Below, in pieces: positions 46,790-61,040 of a stretch of 64,000 bases of DNA. The notes under the pieces are model-generated. The model was given only the letters and a program-made list of their open reading frames with translations, had not been told where the DNA came from and did not search any database. Both the position numbers and the translations under genes were made by a program. The stretch is from Eledone cirrhosa. Taxonomy: Eukaryota. Where the stretch lies: the NCBI GenBank assembly GCA_964016885.1, contig OZ024743.1, positions 275,528,001 through 275,592,000 on the forward strand, in the 5' to 3' direction. The number at the start of each line of letters is the position of its first letter. Positions within the stretch are counted from its first letter, which is position 1.

Positions 46790-47150
46790 ATATAAGCAAA
46801 TAAAAAGAGTACTCACTACACAAAGTAGAGTTACATTGAATTCTGAAGTGTCTTTTAGGGTCACAGAAGAATGGGGAGGGTGATGGGCTCAAAGGCCTAA
46901 GAGCGCGGTGGTATTGGGGCTGCGCCCCGCGGACGAGAGTGCAAAAGCATTCCCGCAAACAATGGCCAACGACACCCGCTGCAACTGCCACCCCACCTCG
47001 CGGGGCTCCTTCCTCAGACGGGCTGCTGACGCTCCTATCTTGCGAAGGAGCTCGGCAGTACGGGGTCTAAGTACGCCTGAGGTCTCGACAATCCCCGGTA
47101 TTTGTTTGTCTTCCTTTCCTCTGCAATTCGGGCTGCAGTACCGGGGTTTG
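46790..47150 (-). mobile_element. 3' fragment of a CRE-like (restriction-like endonuclease) non-LTR element
   Basis: Frameshifted translation AARIAEERKTNKY...ELLRKIG...EPREVGWQLQRVSLAIVCGNA, resembling the CRE C-terminal QRxSxAIxRGNA motif. Confidence 0.65.
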
Positions 47151-47469
47151 TAGCTGAAGCGACTAAGTTGGAGGTGGGGAACATTATTTTTAATACGACA
47201 GTAAATATGTTATATGAAAGCAGCAATGCAGCTATTACTTATATTGATGTTGTTTCAGTATTAGATTTTATCTTGGGCGTTTCAATTGTTTAAAGTCTCA
47301 TTAACATTTGGTTGATATCAATCATATTTACATTCAGGAATATTCATATATTTATTATATAGGATATTGCAGTTTTCTTTCTGTCAATAATTAGAAGATT
47401 GAATGAATCTCTGTCAATATATGTATGGAGTCGTAAATCCTGGTGGAGGAGTCGTAACATACTATATAC

Positions 47470-50400
47470 CAGAGGTGGGGAACCTGCGGCCTCGAGGCCG
47501 CATGCGGCGTCCGTGAGTTTCTTGTGCGGCATTCATAAAAGCTAGCTCTTGTATTAATTAATAATTTATCATTTAGATTACGACAATTTCAAAATTAATG
47601 GAATTAAATAAGAACGGTATGAATGTAAGTTTCAGTGACTACTGGTGGTAATAGCCAATTGTAGAATGCAGGTGGCGTTCTACAATTGGCTGTTCTAAAA
47701 AAGACGCTTGTGACTTGTCATTTGTCAATCTTGTAACATGCTTGTGACAGTCTCGTCTCGTATTGCTACCGGCCATTGTGAAAATCTAGTTATTATTGTT
47801 TTAATTAACGAGTAAGTTACCCGCTCTTTGTGCGTGATGAATAAAAATATGTTAAAAATCAAATATATATTGATTGGTTAAATTAACCAATTAAAGTCCA
47901 ATTTATTGTATCAAAATTAAAAGTACACACATAGTATTATATAAATGTAAAATATGAAAAATTATGAATTTTGAAAAACAGAATCATAGACTACGTTTCG
48001 TACTTTTCTAGACATAGTTATAATAGATGATGGCCCATTTCGTGTCCTTGATAAAGTAACGTATAATTGGCCCTGTGTAAAAAAAGGAGTTGGGAGATAG
48101 ATGCCAATTTTGCTAAGAGTTTGTCATTGCGATTCGTTGGCAGTCATCGCAAAAGCCAGTCGGACAGGTAATTGTAGTCTAGAAAAAGTAAAAGGCAGTG
48201 TAACAGTAACATAGCAACAAATAAATCAAAAACTTCAAAAGATATAATTTGTTTAACTACAAATAACATAATTTGTTTGAAATTCATTTATACAAAACAT
48301 AAAGGAGACATTCGTATACTTACCGGGGAAAAAGGGTAAAAAGGGAAGCCATTTTAAATCATTAACTGACCAATCGAAATCGTGAATTTTTTTACCAATC
48401 TTTACTCATTTTTTGTGTACACGACCGTCTTCACAAATAAATTATTCTCCAAACTTTTTAATATATAATATAGATTTGTGGTTTTACTAGTACACGGTGT
48501 TATTGTATTGCTAGCAAGTATACGCTTTCGTAAAGATATTATTTGATATTTGTTTTTAATCCATCATGTCAAATTGTAAGAGAAGAAAAGTAAATGAAGA
48601 AAACAGAACATTTAATGTACAGTGGGAGTTAGATTTTTTCTTTACTTCTGTGAAAGATAAAATGGTGTGTTTGTTGTGCAATACAGTTTTAACTACTTTG
48701 AAAAAAGCGCATGCAAATAAACACTATTTGACTCATAAAGAACATAAATATTTCAATTTAGAAGGTGAATCTCGACAAGCTGCACTTCAAAAATTAAAAA
48801 GTTAAAAGCATCATCAACAGACGTCTTTTAGTGCTTTTGTGAAGAATAATACCACTGCAGTTGATGTTACTTACAAAATAGCACATATACTTGGAAAAAG
48901 AGGCAAACCATTTAGTGACGTAGAAATAATTAAAGAATGTATTGTTGAAGCAGTGGGTATGTTAAGTCCAGAAAAAGTTGATAAATACAAACAATTTCCC
49001 CTTTCAAGAAGAACTATAACAGATCGACAGCACGAATTAGCTCAAAATGTAACAGAGCAACTTCGTGCAATTATACAAAATGAAGATGTTTATTTTTCAA
49101 TTGCTTTGGATGAAAGAACTGATAAAACTGACTTGGCGCAAGTTTTATATTTTAATGTGCTGTAACTAAAGATTTTCAGTGTTACGAAGAACTTCTTGCG
49201 CTGGGTACACTAATTGGAAGAACTCGCGGAGTTGACATTTTCGAAAACTTCAGAGAGGTATGTCATCGATTACAATTAAATGTCAGTAATTTAGTCAGTA
49301 TCTGCTAAAAAAGAAGGATTCGTTGCTTTATTAAAAAAGGAAAACTTAAACTTGAAAAAATTGATATCATTTCACTGCATTTTGCATCAGCAAAATCTTT
49401 GCGCAAAATCCACCATTTTGCAAGACCTCTGGATAGAGCAATTGCGATTGTCAACCATATTCGCGTTAATGCAATGCGTCATCGTGAATTTAGGCAGATT
49501 CTAACTTTAGACGAGGAAACGTACAGTGTTGATCTACCGTACTACTGCAAAGTTCGCTGGCTATCAACAGGACAGGTTTTGATAAAAGTTTTAACTTTAC
49601 GACGACAAATTTTTAACTTTTATCAAGAACAAGGAAAACTTTGTGATCTATCGGATGAAGCATTTTGCAGAAACATTGCATTTTTGTCTGATATCATGAC
49701 AAAACAAAACAATTTAAATATTTGTCTGCAAGGTAAAACGAAGCATATATATGAAATGTGGCAAAAGATCCAAGCGTTTCGAAAAAAATTAACATTTTTC
49801 AAAACATTACTCTCTCGCACGGATATATTTACAGAACACTTCCCGGAGCTAGCAAAAATGTTGAATGCGCAGAAATGTGAAAATAAAATATTCGATGAAT
49901 ATGTAGGTGTCTTGGATACTTTAATAGAAGAATATACTGAAAGATTTTCAGATTTTGACGAACACACACCTGCTATGAAACTGGTATTTGAACCACATTT
50001 AGTAGATATATCCGAGGCTCCTACGGAACTACAAGTTGAGTTATTTGAGTTGGGAGAAGATAGTATCCTCAAATCCCTTGTTGACGCTAAAAAGGATCCC
50101 ATAGAAATCTGGTCAAATGCTGTTGAATATCCACGCCTACGACAGCATGCACGCCGTTTACTTTCCTGCTTTGGAAGTACTTACTGCTGCGAGTCAACAT
50201 TTTCTCTCATGACAAAAATTAAAACTACTTTAAGAACACAAACCACAGATATTCATTTAGAGGATCAATTAAGGCTGCGCGTTACGAAGCTTGATCCAAA
50301 TATTCAATTACTTTCAATCAAGAAACAAATGCAAATATCCCACTAACTTGAATTTTCCATCGGATTTTAAAATTATTTTACGTATTGTTGCTATGTTAGT

Positions 50401-50636
50401 TTTTTTAACTTAATATTATTATTTTTCTATTGTATTTCTTTATAATTATGTGAATACAAAAATATTTTATATTGTAACTTTTTATGTTAAATAATAAATA
50501 AATGACTATAAAACTATACAAAAACTAGAATAATTTCACCAAAGTCGCATTTATAGGTATATCAACTTATGCGGCCTCCTTTATTACTGCCTAATTTAAA
50601 TGTGGCCTCTAATGGTAAAAAGGTTCGCCACCTCTG
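47470..50636 (+). mobile_element. Complete hAT DNA transposon (Buster/Charlie/SPIN-like)
   Basis: TIRs CAGAGGTGGGGAACCT and AGGTTCGCCACCTCTG (15/16), 8-bp TSD CTATATAC at 47462-47469 and 50637-50644 with central TA. Confidence 0.95.
48566..50346 (+). pseudogene. hAT transposase, disrupted (GTF2IRD2/EPM2AIP1-type)
   Basis: KRRKV..ENRTF..W, CLLC..H..H finger, GKPFSD, PLSRRT, FSIALDE, HCILHQ, VRWLS, FGSTYCCESTFS; stops and frameshifts. Confidence 0.92.
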
Positions 50637-51469
50637 CTATATACCTTGAGAGACATTAAACATGGTGGAACTCATTTCCTCTCTCCATTTTTGAACACAG
50701 CCGATTTCTTCTAGCGAAGGAGAGAGAGAGGGGGGCGTGGAGAGATATAGAGGGACAATCGACCTCAGTACTGGACTGGTACTTTTTTTTATCGACCTCA
50801 AACAGTTGAAAAGCAAAGTTGACCTTAGCGGAATTTGAACTCAGAAAACTCAGAGCGCAGAAACGAATGCCGCAAACCATTCTGCCCGATGTTCAAACGT
50901 TTATCATTAACGTAACGCTCAGGAAAAATAAGCGTGACGAAGTGTGTGACAAATTGAGACCTTTGAATTACAGATACAATCCACTCGACGGGACTTCCCC
51001 TACGTTCCCGTCTATCCAAATTTACCGTCAAGTCTTGGACTAACCCGAGGTTATGGTTAATTACACCTTCCTAAATAACACGCAGTAGGGTCAAGCCTAG
51101 GACTTCGTGGTTATGAAATAAATTTCTTAACCATTCAACCATGAACAGAAAATAGTAGTGATACTTATTGTTTCAAATAGATCAACTGTGTTCAAGTAAA
51201 CCACTTGACTTTGATTACACCAGACCTGCCAGCCTCTAAAAACCCAAACGGGGAGTACCATGAAAAAAAGTGCCCCCAAACGGGGAGAAATGAGGCAAAA
51301 TGGGGAGATTTTACATAATGAAAGCTATACCCATTTTCATAAGAGAAGACATCTCTCACCCACCCCAAAGTGGGTGGGAGATATCCCCCGACGGACGGAG
51401 ACAGTTGGCAGGTCTGAGTACATTTTAAATTTTATAAATATATACATCGACAGCGATGAACGTGTGCCG

Positions 51470-51785
51470 GTTTCGACGTTCGATCAACGGAACAGTTCTC
51501 TCATGAAATTAACGTTTAAGTGACTGAGTATCCCACAGATACTTGTACCCTTAACGTATTTCTTAGGGAGATTCATCGTGACAGAGTGTGGGACAAGGTT
51601 GGTCCTTTGAATTACAGGTACAATCAATCTTCCAGTCTTCTACGCAGTTTCCCTCAACCCAACTTCACTCACAACGCATTGATAGTCCCGAGGGAAATTG
51701 TAAACGACTCTTGCCCCAAATTCCACGTTGTTGGATTGATCCCGGGACTTAATGATTGTGAAGCGAACTTCTTAACCATTCGGTC
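51470..51785 (-). repeat. Second SINE-like dispersed repeat (related piece ~50905-51140)
   Basis: Shared GTGACA...CCTTTGAATTACAG.TACAATC and TTCTTAACCATTC segments. Confidence 0.55.
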
Positions 51786-51789
51786 CAAA

Positions 51790-53600
51790 ATATTAAAACC
51801 CCTACTGAACACGCTGCCGGGACACGTCAACAGTTCTTAGAGCGTCTACACCAAATGAATCCCGACACCTGAAAGGGTAACAGAAATGCCTTCAGGCTGG
51901 ATGTGGTCGCTCTGTACACCTCGGTCCCGGCGTTCCTGACCGTCGATATACTGACAGAACGTGTCCAGCCTACCAACCTACAGTGCTTCGGGCTCACCTC
52001 CACCGACATCCACCAGTTCCTAGCCGTTGTCGTTGACAACATCTATATCAATTTTCTCGACCACACGTACCAGCAGACCTCAGAGCTACCCATGGGTTCA
52101 GGACAGCCTGGAACGCAAGGCACTCAACACCTGCCACCCCAATGATATCACCTTCTTCTCAAGATATGTGGATGACATCCTCATCCTCACTTCTTCCCGG
52201 GAGACGGCGAATGGGATTTACGAGACGTTCAACAATACGGACGAGAATATTGACTTCAGCATTGAGCATCCCAGCGTCGACGGGTCTCTTGCCCTCCTCG
52301 ACTTCCGAATCAACATCACGGAACAGGGAGAGATCAACACCAACTTTTACCGCAAGGCGGCCTGCAGAGACTTGTTCGTCCACTACAAATCTGCCCTCCC
52401 TAACAGTGCTAAAAGAAGGTACATCACAAACGAGATCACGTGGATTAAAAATAGATGCAGTGATTCCGTGAGTGGTGTCACCCACACCAAGCGGTTCCAC
52501 AGGGTGCTGAAGACGAATGGATATCCAGTATCATTTACAAACAGAATAAGGGACACCAGACAGGAGGCAGAGAAACACGAAAGGTAAGTGCTTCTTTAAG
52601 ATCTCGCACCTAGGCGAAGAAACCACCAGCACTATCCGCAGGGCCATATGGAGGGAAGGTCTCGACATCCACTTGGCCCATTCGGGGCCCTCCCTACGGA
52701 GATGCCTCTCCAGGAAACCTGACAAATCGGATGACGCGTGTTCCCTCAGCAATTGTCCGATACGTCAGACGAACTGTTGCTTACGCACCTATGTCGTATA
52801 TAAGATCGAATGTGATAAGTGAAACGAATTCTACATCGATAGCACCCTCCGGCCACTACACGTCCAGATCAAGGAACACATCAATACTAGGGCTTCGTCT
52901 TTCCGAAAACACATAATCAAATTCGGAAACAAAGACGGCAGGCCCATTGTCACAGTGTTAACGACGGAGCGTAACGTCATCACTTTGAGGATCAAAAAGA
53001 CACTCTTGATTAAACGTCTCGGACCGCGAATCAATAATCGATCCGAGAGAAGTGAGACGAGATGGCAGGTGTAAATAAATGGAACAACAACATACACACA
53101 CACACACACAGCGTTTGTTATTGTGTGTATATCGTGTCCACCACCCATCGACCGATACAGACCGACAACACACAGACAGACTACTATCACCATGCGTACC
53201 ACCGACCTAACTACCACTGACAGAACGCAAGAACTTGGCAGCAATGATATGTACACACAAACCCACCACCCCACTATTCTAGTATAGAAGAACTGCTGCG
53301 AACTTTATCTGACCGCAGCTATACCGTGAGCACACGGCCCCGATAGAGTATTTCAGTTGTACGCACACGGTAAACAACGAAGGCTACGTGTTGTGCTTCT
53401 CCGACATAAATGTTTCCCCTCGGAAAACCCCCAGTTTATGGATGTGAAATCCGAAATATAGGGACTATTAAATCGCTTCCAAAGAAACTCAATCTCGTGT
53501 TATTATTTTTCACACTTTTCCTACGTTCTTTTACGCTCTCTACGCCTCTTTCTACGCTTCCTCTTACATCTCTCTCTCAATACCACCTGATTTACCCATC
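51790..53600 (+). mobile_element. Degenerate Penelope-like element (second family)
   Basis: LDVVALYTSVP, YQQ..LPMGS, RYVDDIL, FSIEHP, LLDFRI, FYRK; downstream GIY-YIG remnant in fragments. Confidence 0.85.
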
Positions 53601-54469
53601 TGCATTGTTGAGGCTTCCAAAACGACTATATATATATATATATATAAATGTATGTATAGTATGTTTGGCAATATACCGTATGTTTAATTAAAAACATTTA
53701 GAAGACCATTCGCTATCAGTTTTAAAGTAGTGACTATATCACTTACTTATATTCTCGGCAAAGGCTAGGAAAATGGCTGACAGCTGTTTCTCGCTGCTTG
53801 GCGTTTATCAAAACCACGCACTCCCCTGCCTTTGCCGAAAATTATAGAAGCTGGATTCTGATAGAATTCCAGTAATAATCAGGAACTAATTACACAGAGC
53901 GATTGCCGGTCCAGCAAAAATTAGGTATTAGGATTGGTGCTCTGAAATAGCGATGTATACATGAATGTATGTATAGTATATTTAGCAATATACTGTATGT
54001 TTAATTTAAAACATTTAGAAGACCATTCACTATCAGTTTTAAAGTAGTGACAATGTCAATTCCAACATACACATTACACCACCTGATCCAGTCATAGTCG
54101 CTTAGTTAAGAATGGTTCGTGTATGGAATTTGATGGACGATAACTGTTTAGAAGCCTGTCAGAGGAACCACACTTGTTCATGAATAGTAGGTTTAATCCG
54201 TTGTCTGGTTTAACAACATCATCTGATCCTTCGGATTATTTTATAAAGTCCACTCTGCTGAAAACATTCGGACTGGGTTTCTAACCTGAGCATTACTTCC
54301 TCTTTTACTTCCTCTATACTTGGAAGTCCTGAAAAGGGTCATAGGTGCTGTATTTTCTCCTTTGAGTAAGCAATAAACTCTCTTCACCCAAAATAAAAAT
54401 AAAATATTAAGTTTTAGAGCCCTTGACTGCAAATATTTTTGTCCTCCAGATTTTATAGAATTTACATGC

Positions 54470-54900
54470 ATAAATTATATCCAGTCATAGAAATGAAGAG
54501 AGTACACAAGGGGCGGCGTTCCCCTATTTTTCAGTTTGTCGCTGAGAGGTGACCTATAACGTTTACTACACTACTTCTTCCCAATCTCAGCCTTGTGGAT
54601 CTTAGCATGTCCCCAGTTCCTAAAACACCTGCTTATAACCATTCACAGCATCGAACATGCGTGCTGTCACGACTCCACGTCAAAAACCATTCTCCAAGGC
54701 ACAGGTGGAACGAGGCGAAGAAAAGACAGGTAAAAAAAAACCTGGTCCTACATCAAGGACTGTACAGGCAACAGCATGCGGCCCTTCTGCATATGGCAGA
54801 AGACAGAGAACAGACGCGATTGCTAAATGCAAAAACGTCGAGAGTGACACCTCAACGACTGACTGCATCACTTGCAGGAAGAAAATGATTATCTATTTTA
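54470..54900 (+). pseudogene. Possible piggyBac C-terminal remnant
   Basis: RRxxIFQFVAE-like segment followed by a Cys-rich tail (KCKN...DCITCRKK). Confidence 0.3.
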
Positions 54901-54911
54901 TTTCATCATTC

Positions 54912-54990
<79 letters not shown>

Positions 54991-55489
54991 AGTCTGTCTG
55001 TGTTTGTCAGTCTGTCTGTGTTTGTCAGACTGTCTGTGTTTGTGTCGTTGTGTGTGTTTTGTCCAATCATTCCTCCGGCGGAAATGTTTGATTTTCAGCA
55101 CAGATAACTTCCAGATTGGACCAGAATTATAGTAAACTTCCTGTTCTTTGATTCTCCTATATATTTGTTTTTAACAAACTCTAATAAATGCCGAGTTTGT
55201 ATAACTTTGATGATAGCAAAGTTTTTGATATTTGTAGATTCTTCTTTTTGTTGTTTCCGGGAGGAGGATATTGCTCATATGTTTCAGCTTTCATGGATTA
55301 AACTATAATAGTTGAAAGGCGTTACTAAGGTTAATGTGCTGGAGAGAAAAATGGAGATACAATAATTAGTAAAGGCACAACATTAATCCTGGGAGACGAT
55401 ATTGGGTATAGTTTAGAGCATAGAGTTTAGGCTTAGCAGAAGGGGTCTAAGATTAGCGCAAAGAAAGGGTTCCATAATTAGCTCATTGG

Positions 55490-55640
55490 TTCTAAGCTTA
55501 GTGCAAGAGGTTAATGCTAAGTGCAATGAGTCTAAGTTTAGTGCAAGAGGTTAATGCTCAGTGCAATGGTTCTAAGTTTAGTGCAAGAGGTAATGCTAAA
55601 TGCAATGAGTCTAAGTTTAGTGCAAGCAACCCAAGCTTAA
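55490..55640. repeat. ~40-bp tandem repeat (two ~20-bp subunits)
   Basis: CTAAGTTTAGTGCAAGAGGTTAATGCTAAGTGCAATG repeated 3-4 times. Confidence 0.8.
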
Positions 55641-58435
55641 TTCAATAAGTCAAATAGTACAGGTTTTCTAGGATTTGTGTAACAGGTCAGGATTTAATAT
55701 AAAGTGTTTAGACTTAAAATAAAAAGTTTGGACTTAATGCACTTAGTCAAAACTCATGTTCAGTCAAAAACTTTGACACCAAAGGTAAAGATATGTTGAG
55801 GTTTCAGTCGATATGTAATACGATGCATACTAGTTTAGATACCCTTACACTATTTTGGTAATGCAAGAATAAGTAAGATAATAAGATAAGGTCTGAATGA
55901 TTTAGGACAGTTTCCATTAGGGTGTGAACACAGAGAAGTCTAGGCAATCCTGCACTTGTGACTGTGTCTACCGCATTCTGTTTTAATGACACATTTTTGA
56001 AGTGAGTGTTTGTTATTGTAATATTAAACCTGCAGTAGATTAAAGCTTTTAAATCAAAGTCGTTCAAGCCAACCAAATTGCTGAGAACCAAGACGCCATA
56101 AGTAACACATCTGCTTCCTTGGTTTAGAAGAAACATTGGTCGTAGATTTAGCTTATAAATAAACTTATAGTTACAGTCCTTTGAACAAAGTTTCTTTTTG
56201 AAATTAAATTAATCATTTGTTTTAAGTTATATATTGTTATTATTTATTGGTAAGTTCTCATGGGCAAGTGGATCAGATGGCAATGGCAAATACACTTCAC
56301 ATTTAACAACACATTTTATCTAACTTTAATCATTTTGATACCAAATTTCCTGAAACAGCCACTAGTTCTACGATACAAGGGTGTTTCATATAAAGTGTTT
56401 ATGTTTATTTAATAGTTTTCCTATTCTAATATTTTGTAAGGTCCTTTGTGCATTATTTTCCAAATATCAGCTTGATAATGCGAAAGTTAGTAATAAACCC
56501 TACAATATTTTATATTATTTTCAAAATTATTTGAAAATTATAGGCAGTGTTTTCATTATAAATATAACGAAAGGGTTAAATAAGTACCATAACGAGTTTA
56601 CACTTGACGACAAAAAACGGAGTGGACTAGACATCATGCTGACTTACAATTCTTAGTTTTGGCCACCACAAGCATGAGTATTTCAGTAAAACATTTACTT
56701 CAAAACTATATAATTTCACATTCGGTCCCGCTAAACGGTATCTTCTACCACAATCCCATGTTGCAGGATTTTCGGGCAAAATTTGGTTGACGGAAACTGT
56801 TTGGAAGCTCCTTCGGAGGAATTCTTCCTGTTTTTGTGTGTTTTTTGTGTATACTTAATCCGTCACTTCAGTTTAAAACCACCACCTCTTGGCCCTTGAC
56901 TATCTTTAGCGGAGTACATTATGTTACCAGCATTCGGCTCATTTTCCAGCCACTACTCACATAGGTTGCGAAAATGCTCATGAATGCTGCCCTTCCTCCT
57001 AAGACATAAAACATAAACAAAACAATGAATTTCATAATGATCTAACTACTTACAAGAAGATACTTAATCCTTTTGATCCACGAACATTAGAATGGTTCAG
57101 TACGAAGGAGGGTGGCCTAATGAACGTCCGTAGCCTAGTGGTTAAGTTATTGGGCTCATAATCACTAGATCTTTTGTTCGATGTCCAAACTCAGTGTCTC
57201 ATTGAACAAGGTACTTATTTTACGTTGACCCAGTTCTCTAGGCTGAAGAATTAGTTAATGAAACATTAGCTGAGGGTTAAGCCAACGACGGATTGGCGTT
57301 TCATTCGGGATGAAATGAGGGGATTGTTCTACTTTGAGTTGCTTAACGCTACAAGAAACTGATAAATTCCGGTTTTCGACCAATCAATACAAACATAGGA
57401 AAATGGACATATAAACGATGATCATCATCATGATCATGGTGACTCACTGAAGTCATCGACAATTTGTATAGCGAAACGGTCCAATAAAAGTAATATATAA
57501 TGTATATGTGAGAGTAATTTTGTCAAAAAAATCGATTGATTTAATTACCAAATGTATGTATTCATGTCTGCACAAATCATTCAACAAATTGATAATGCTG
57601 GTTTTTTAACAATACTATTTACCAGAATTGTTAAGAAGTTTACTTCACCATCATTAGGTCGTGTATTCGATCCTACTGCGTGACATCTTAGGCAAGTGTA
57701 ATTTATTATAGCCTCAGGTGGACATATATATACCTTGCAAATGAAACTGGCTAGAGGGAAACTGTTTGGAAGCCGGTCGAATGGACTGTGCGTGTAATTC
57801 AAAAGACCAGCTTTGAATCTCCCTTTGAATTATATTAAGAGTACTCGTGTCATTGCAAAGTTCTGTCATTTACACGTTACTTTCATGAGCAGGCCTTTCC
57901 CTTCATCGAACAACCGGATATCTCCTCATCGATCCATTCATTCATTCGTTCATTCATTATTTGATTAATATTACACTGAGAAAAACATGTTAGGATCTAT
58001 TAGAGAGAGAAAGTCAAAGACTGGTTTTGATTTTGTTTAACTTCGATTTATTAGTTCTAGTTAAATATAAATATGAAACGTCACCCAATACTCATTTATA
58101 GTGATTAACTCATTTAGATTCTAAAATATATGAAACTAGAAAATGTAGTTGCCACAGATAACTATAATAATAGCTGATAACTATAAATAATAATGAAATA
58201 AATCGTGCATGACCAATGACTGTCTGGATACATTCACCGCTGTCTATTCCTCCATCCAACTAGCCTACTACTTTGATAAACTCAACCAAAGCGCTACCAA
58301 GTCCAGTGATCTATTTTTTCATACCCTACAAATATTACTACGCCCTTGGAAAGGCTTGCTGAACACACAAGCCGAAATCGCTTGGCGCCGTTTTCGGGAT
58401 TTAACACATCTCTCTCTCTCTCTCTGTATATATAT

Positions 58436-59340
58436 ATAGTATAAAGAAAACGAAAAATCAGTGATGCATCTGGACTTAATTTATTGCGTGTTACAATTGT
58501 TTCTCCGGCAGTCCTTGTATGGATCTGGCTGATTCTACTTCTGCAGGTTCTTTCAGATACGAGTATTTCGTTTGGAGCAAATTTTATCACTGGGGTGTTA
58601 TCATAAAAAAAACACCCTAAAAAAACCCTACTTCCACTCTTGTCATGCCATTGGCTGTTTTTACTCCACGTCATCACAAGTTCTGGTCAGTATCTACTGC
58701 CACACGGCTCATCAGCCATTTACCGTCCGACACATTTCGATGGAGTGATGCTGGGTTCAGCACCTCACACGTCTCTTCACACTTCAGAGTAAGCACCCAC
58801 ACATACTAATATACACACACATACACACACACATGCAGACACCGACAGATTTATGCATACACACACGTACGCCTACGTGCGCAGACACACACACCCCCAC
58901 ATACATACATATATGTATATATACACACACACTTTCTCCCTCACCTCCACGGACCCAGTCACACCCACTTGTAGATACATATCGCCACAAGCCTTATGAC
59001 GGCTGCTTAATTCGCCCCATGTATCCGGTTGGGATAAGCATGGCCTACTCAAACATACACATATATATACATACATACGCGCGCACACATAGATATGCCC
59101 AACCTTATATATATTTATATATCTATATATACACACTCCTACACACACATCTATGCATACACACATACAGATCCGTACAAGGACCTGCCGGAGAAACAAT
59201 TGTAACACGCAATAAATTAAGTCCAGATGCATCACTGATTTTTCGTCTTCTTTATACTATCTACACGTTACTCTGATGAATATCGAGTGCTAATTTTGGC
59301 ATACCGCCTATGGAAGCACCATAGCTACCATTATACACAA
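58436..59340 (+). repeat. Inverted repeat (~90-bp arms) followed by CTGATGA, PLE-terminus-like
   Basis: 58436-58527 is inverted to 59168-59260; CTGATGA at ~59273; (TA)n flank. Confidence 0.75.
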
Positions 59341-59341
59341 C

Positions 59342-59417
<76 letters not shown>

Positions 59418-59459
59418 GAGGGTTTTTTTAATAAAAAAAAAACGAGATGTCCTACATGG

Positions 59460-59835
59460 GGAAAATAAAATTAGACGTATGACATAGGAACGGAGCTATA
59501 TATAAGGAAAAGAAATCGAAAATGCAACTGGAATCTTTTTAAGAATATTTATTTATTTCCTTTACCGGTTTCACAGTTCTTATGCTTTTCAAAAGTTTAG
59601 TTGAAATGGAGGGTTTGTGGTTTGTCTCGCATTAGATGCGAGACAAATCACAAATCCTCCATGATGCGCGACAAACCAAAAACCCTCCATCTCAATTCTA
59701 CTTTTGAAAAGCATAAGAACTGTTAAACCGGTAAAGGAAATAAACAAATATTCTTAAAAAGACTCCAGTTGCATTTTCGATTTCTTTTCCTTGTATATAG
59801 CTCCGTTCCTATGTGATACGTTTAATTTTATTTGC
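59460..59835. repeat. Palindrome with ~170-bp arms and a duplicated centre
   Basis: Arms are reverse complements; axis TCTCGCAT-tag-ATGCGAGA; ~28-bp duplication in the right arm. Confidence 0.9.
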
Positions 59836-60376
59836 CCCGGTTAATAGGTGCCGAATTTAATATGTATGTAATCTGATATAGGAAACTTGTATTGCTATGT
59901 CATTTATTGTGATGTACAGAATAAGGGACTGATAATTATGAGGTTATCAGAGGCCTTAACGACATTAAACATTTTGGCACTTATCTGTTTTAGTATTAAC
60001 TTTTTAAAACCTTTCTAATTTTAGATGTTTATGCTTTGAACATCAGAGATTCAGATTTGATATTTTTAAAAAAATTACTTTTGTATTTAATTTTTTTTAA
60101 TCAGAACATAATAGCTATACTTTTGATAATTTTTGTATATAAATACATTTCGTTTGTATTGAAGTGTTTGGATATATTTTCATTACAACTGTAATTACAT
60201 TTAAATTGAATCTAAAACTGTATTTTAATTTTTCAAAACGTTTTCAAATGTAAACAAAATATATGTATAGATTTATAAATACCAATGAAATATAGGTAAA
60301 TACAAAAATGTACTACAGCTGTGCATCCCCTAATCCTAAACGTTTTTAATTGAAAAATATTTTCTTAATTAGAAAA

Positions 60377-60726
60377 AAATAATTGTTTCTACTTTTGGCA
60401 CAAAGCCAGCAATTACCCAGTGCATTACTGGTACTTTATTTTATCGACCCCGTACGGATGAAAGGCAAAGTTAACCTCGACGGGATTTGATGTCAAATCA
60501 TAAAGGGCCGTAACTCTATGCTGCAAAGCATGGCGTCCGACCCTCTGCCGATACTACCAATCCACCGCCCTATTGCCAGAAATAATAATTGTTTCTACTT
60601 TAGGCACAAGGCCAGCAATTACCCAGTGCATTACTGGTACTTTATTTTATCGACCCCGTAAGGATGAAAGGCAAAGTCAACCTCAGCGGGATTTGAACTC
60701 AGACCGTAAAGGGACGTAACTATGCA
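60377..60726 (-). mobile_element. Two SINEs (60377-60571 full, 60583-60726 truncated)
   Basis: Reverse complement of the main family. Confidence 0.88.
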
Positions 60727-60781
60727 GAAATAATAATAAAACATACTCACTGTGAGTGTGTTTTATTATATTTTTCTATAC

Positions 60782-61040
60782 AGGTGGATTGGAGGTATCG
60801 GTAGAGGGTCGGACGCCATGCTTTGACGCATAGAGTTACGGCCCTTGCCATTCTGAGTTCAAATCCCGCCGAGGGCGGTGGATTGGCAGTATCGGTAGAG
60901 GGTCGGACGCCATGCTTTGACGCATAGAGTTACGGCACTTGCCATTCTGAGTTCAAATCCCGCCGAGGTTAACTTTGCCTTTCATCCTTATGGAGTTGAT
61001 AAAATAAAGTACCAGTAATGCTCTAGGATAATTGCTGGGT
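60782..61040 (+). mobile_element. SINE with duplicated tRNA head
   Basis: Head 60782-60873 repeated at 60877-60968 before a single core. Confidence 0.85.

Noticed and set aside
48566-50346. Domesticated GTF2IRD2/ZBED-type host gene
   Set aside because: TIRs, TSD and several disabling mutations show a decayed transposon
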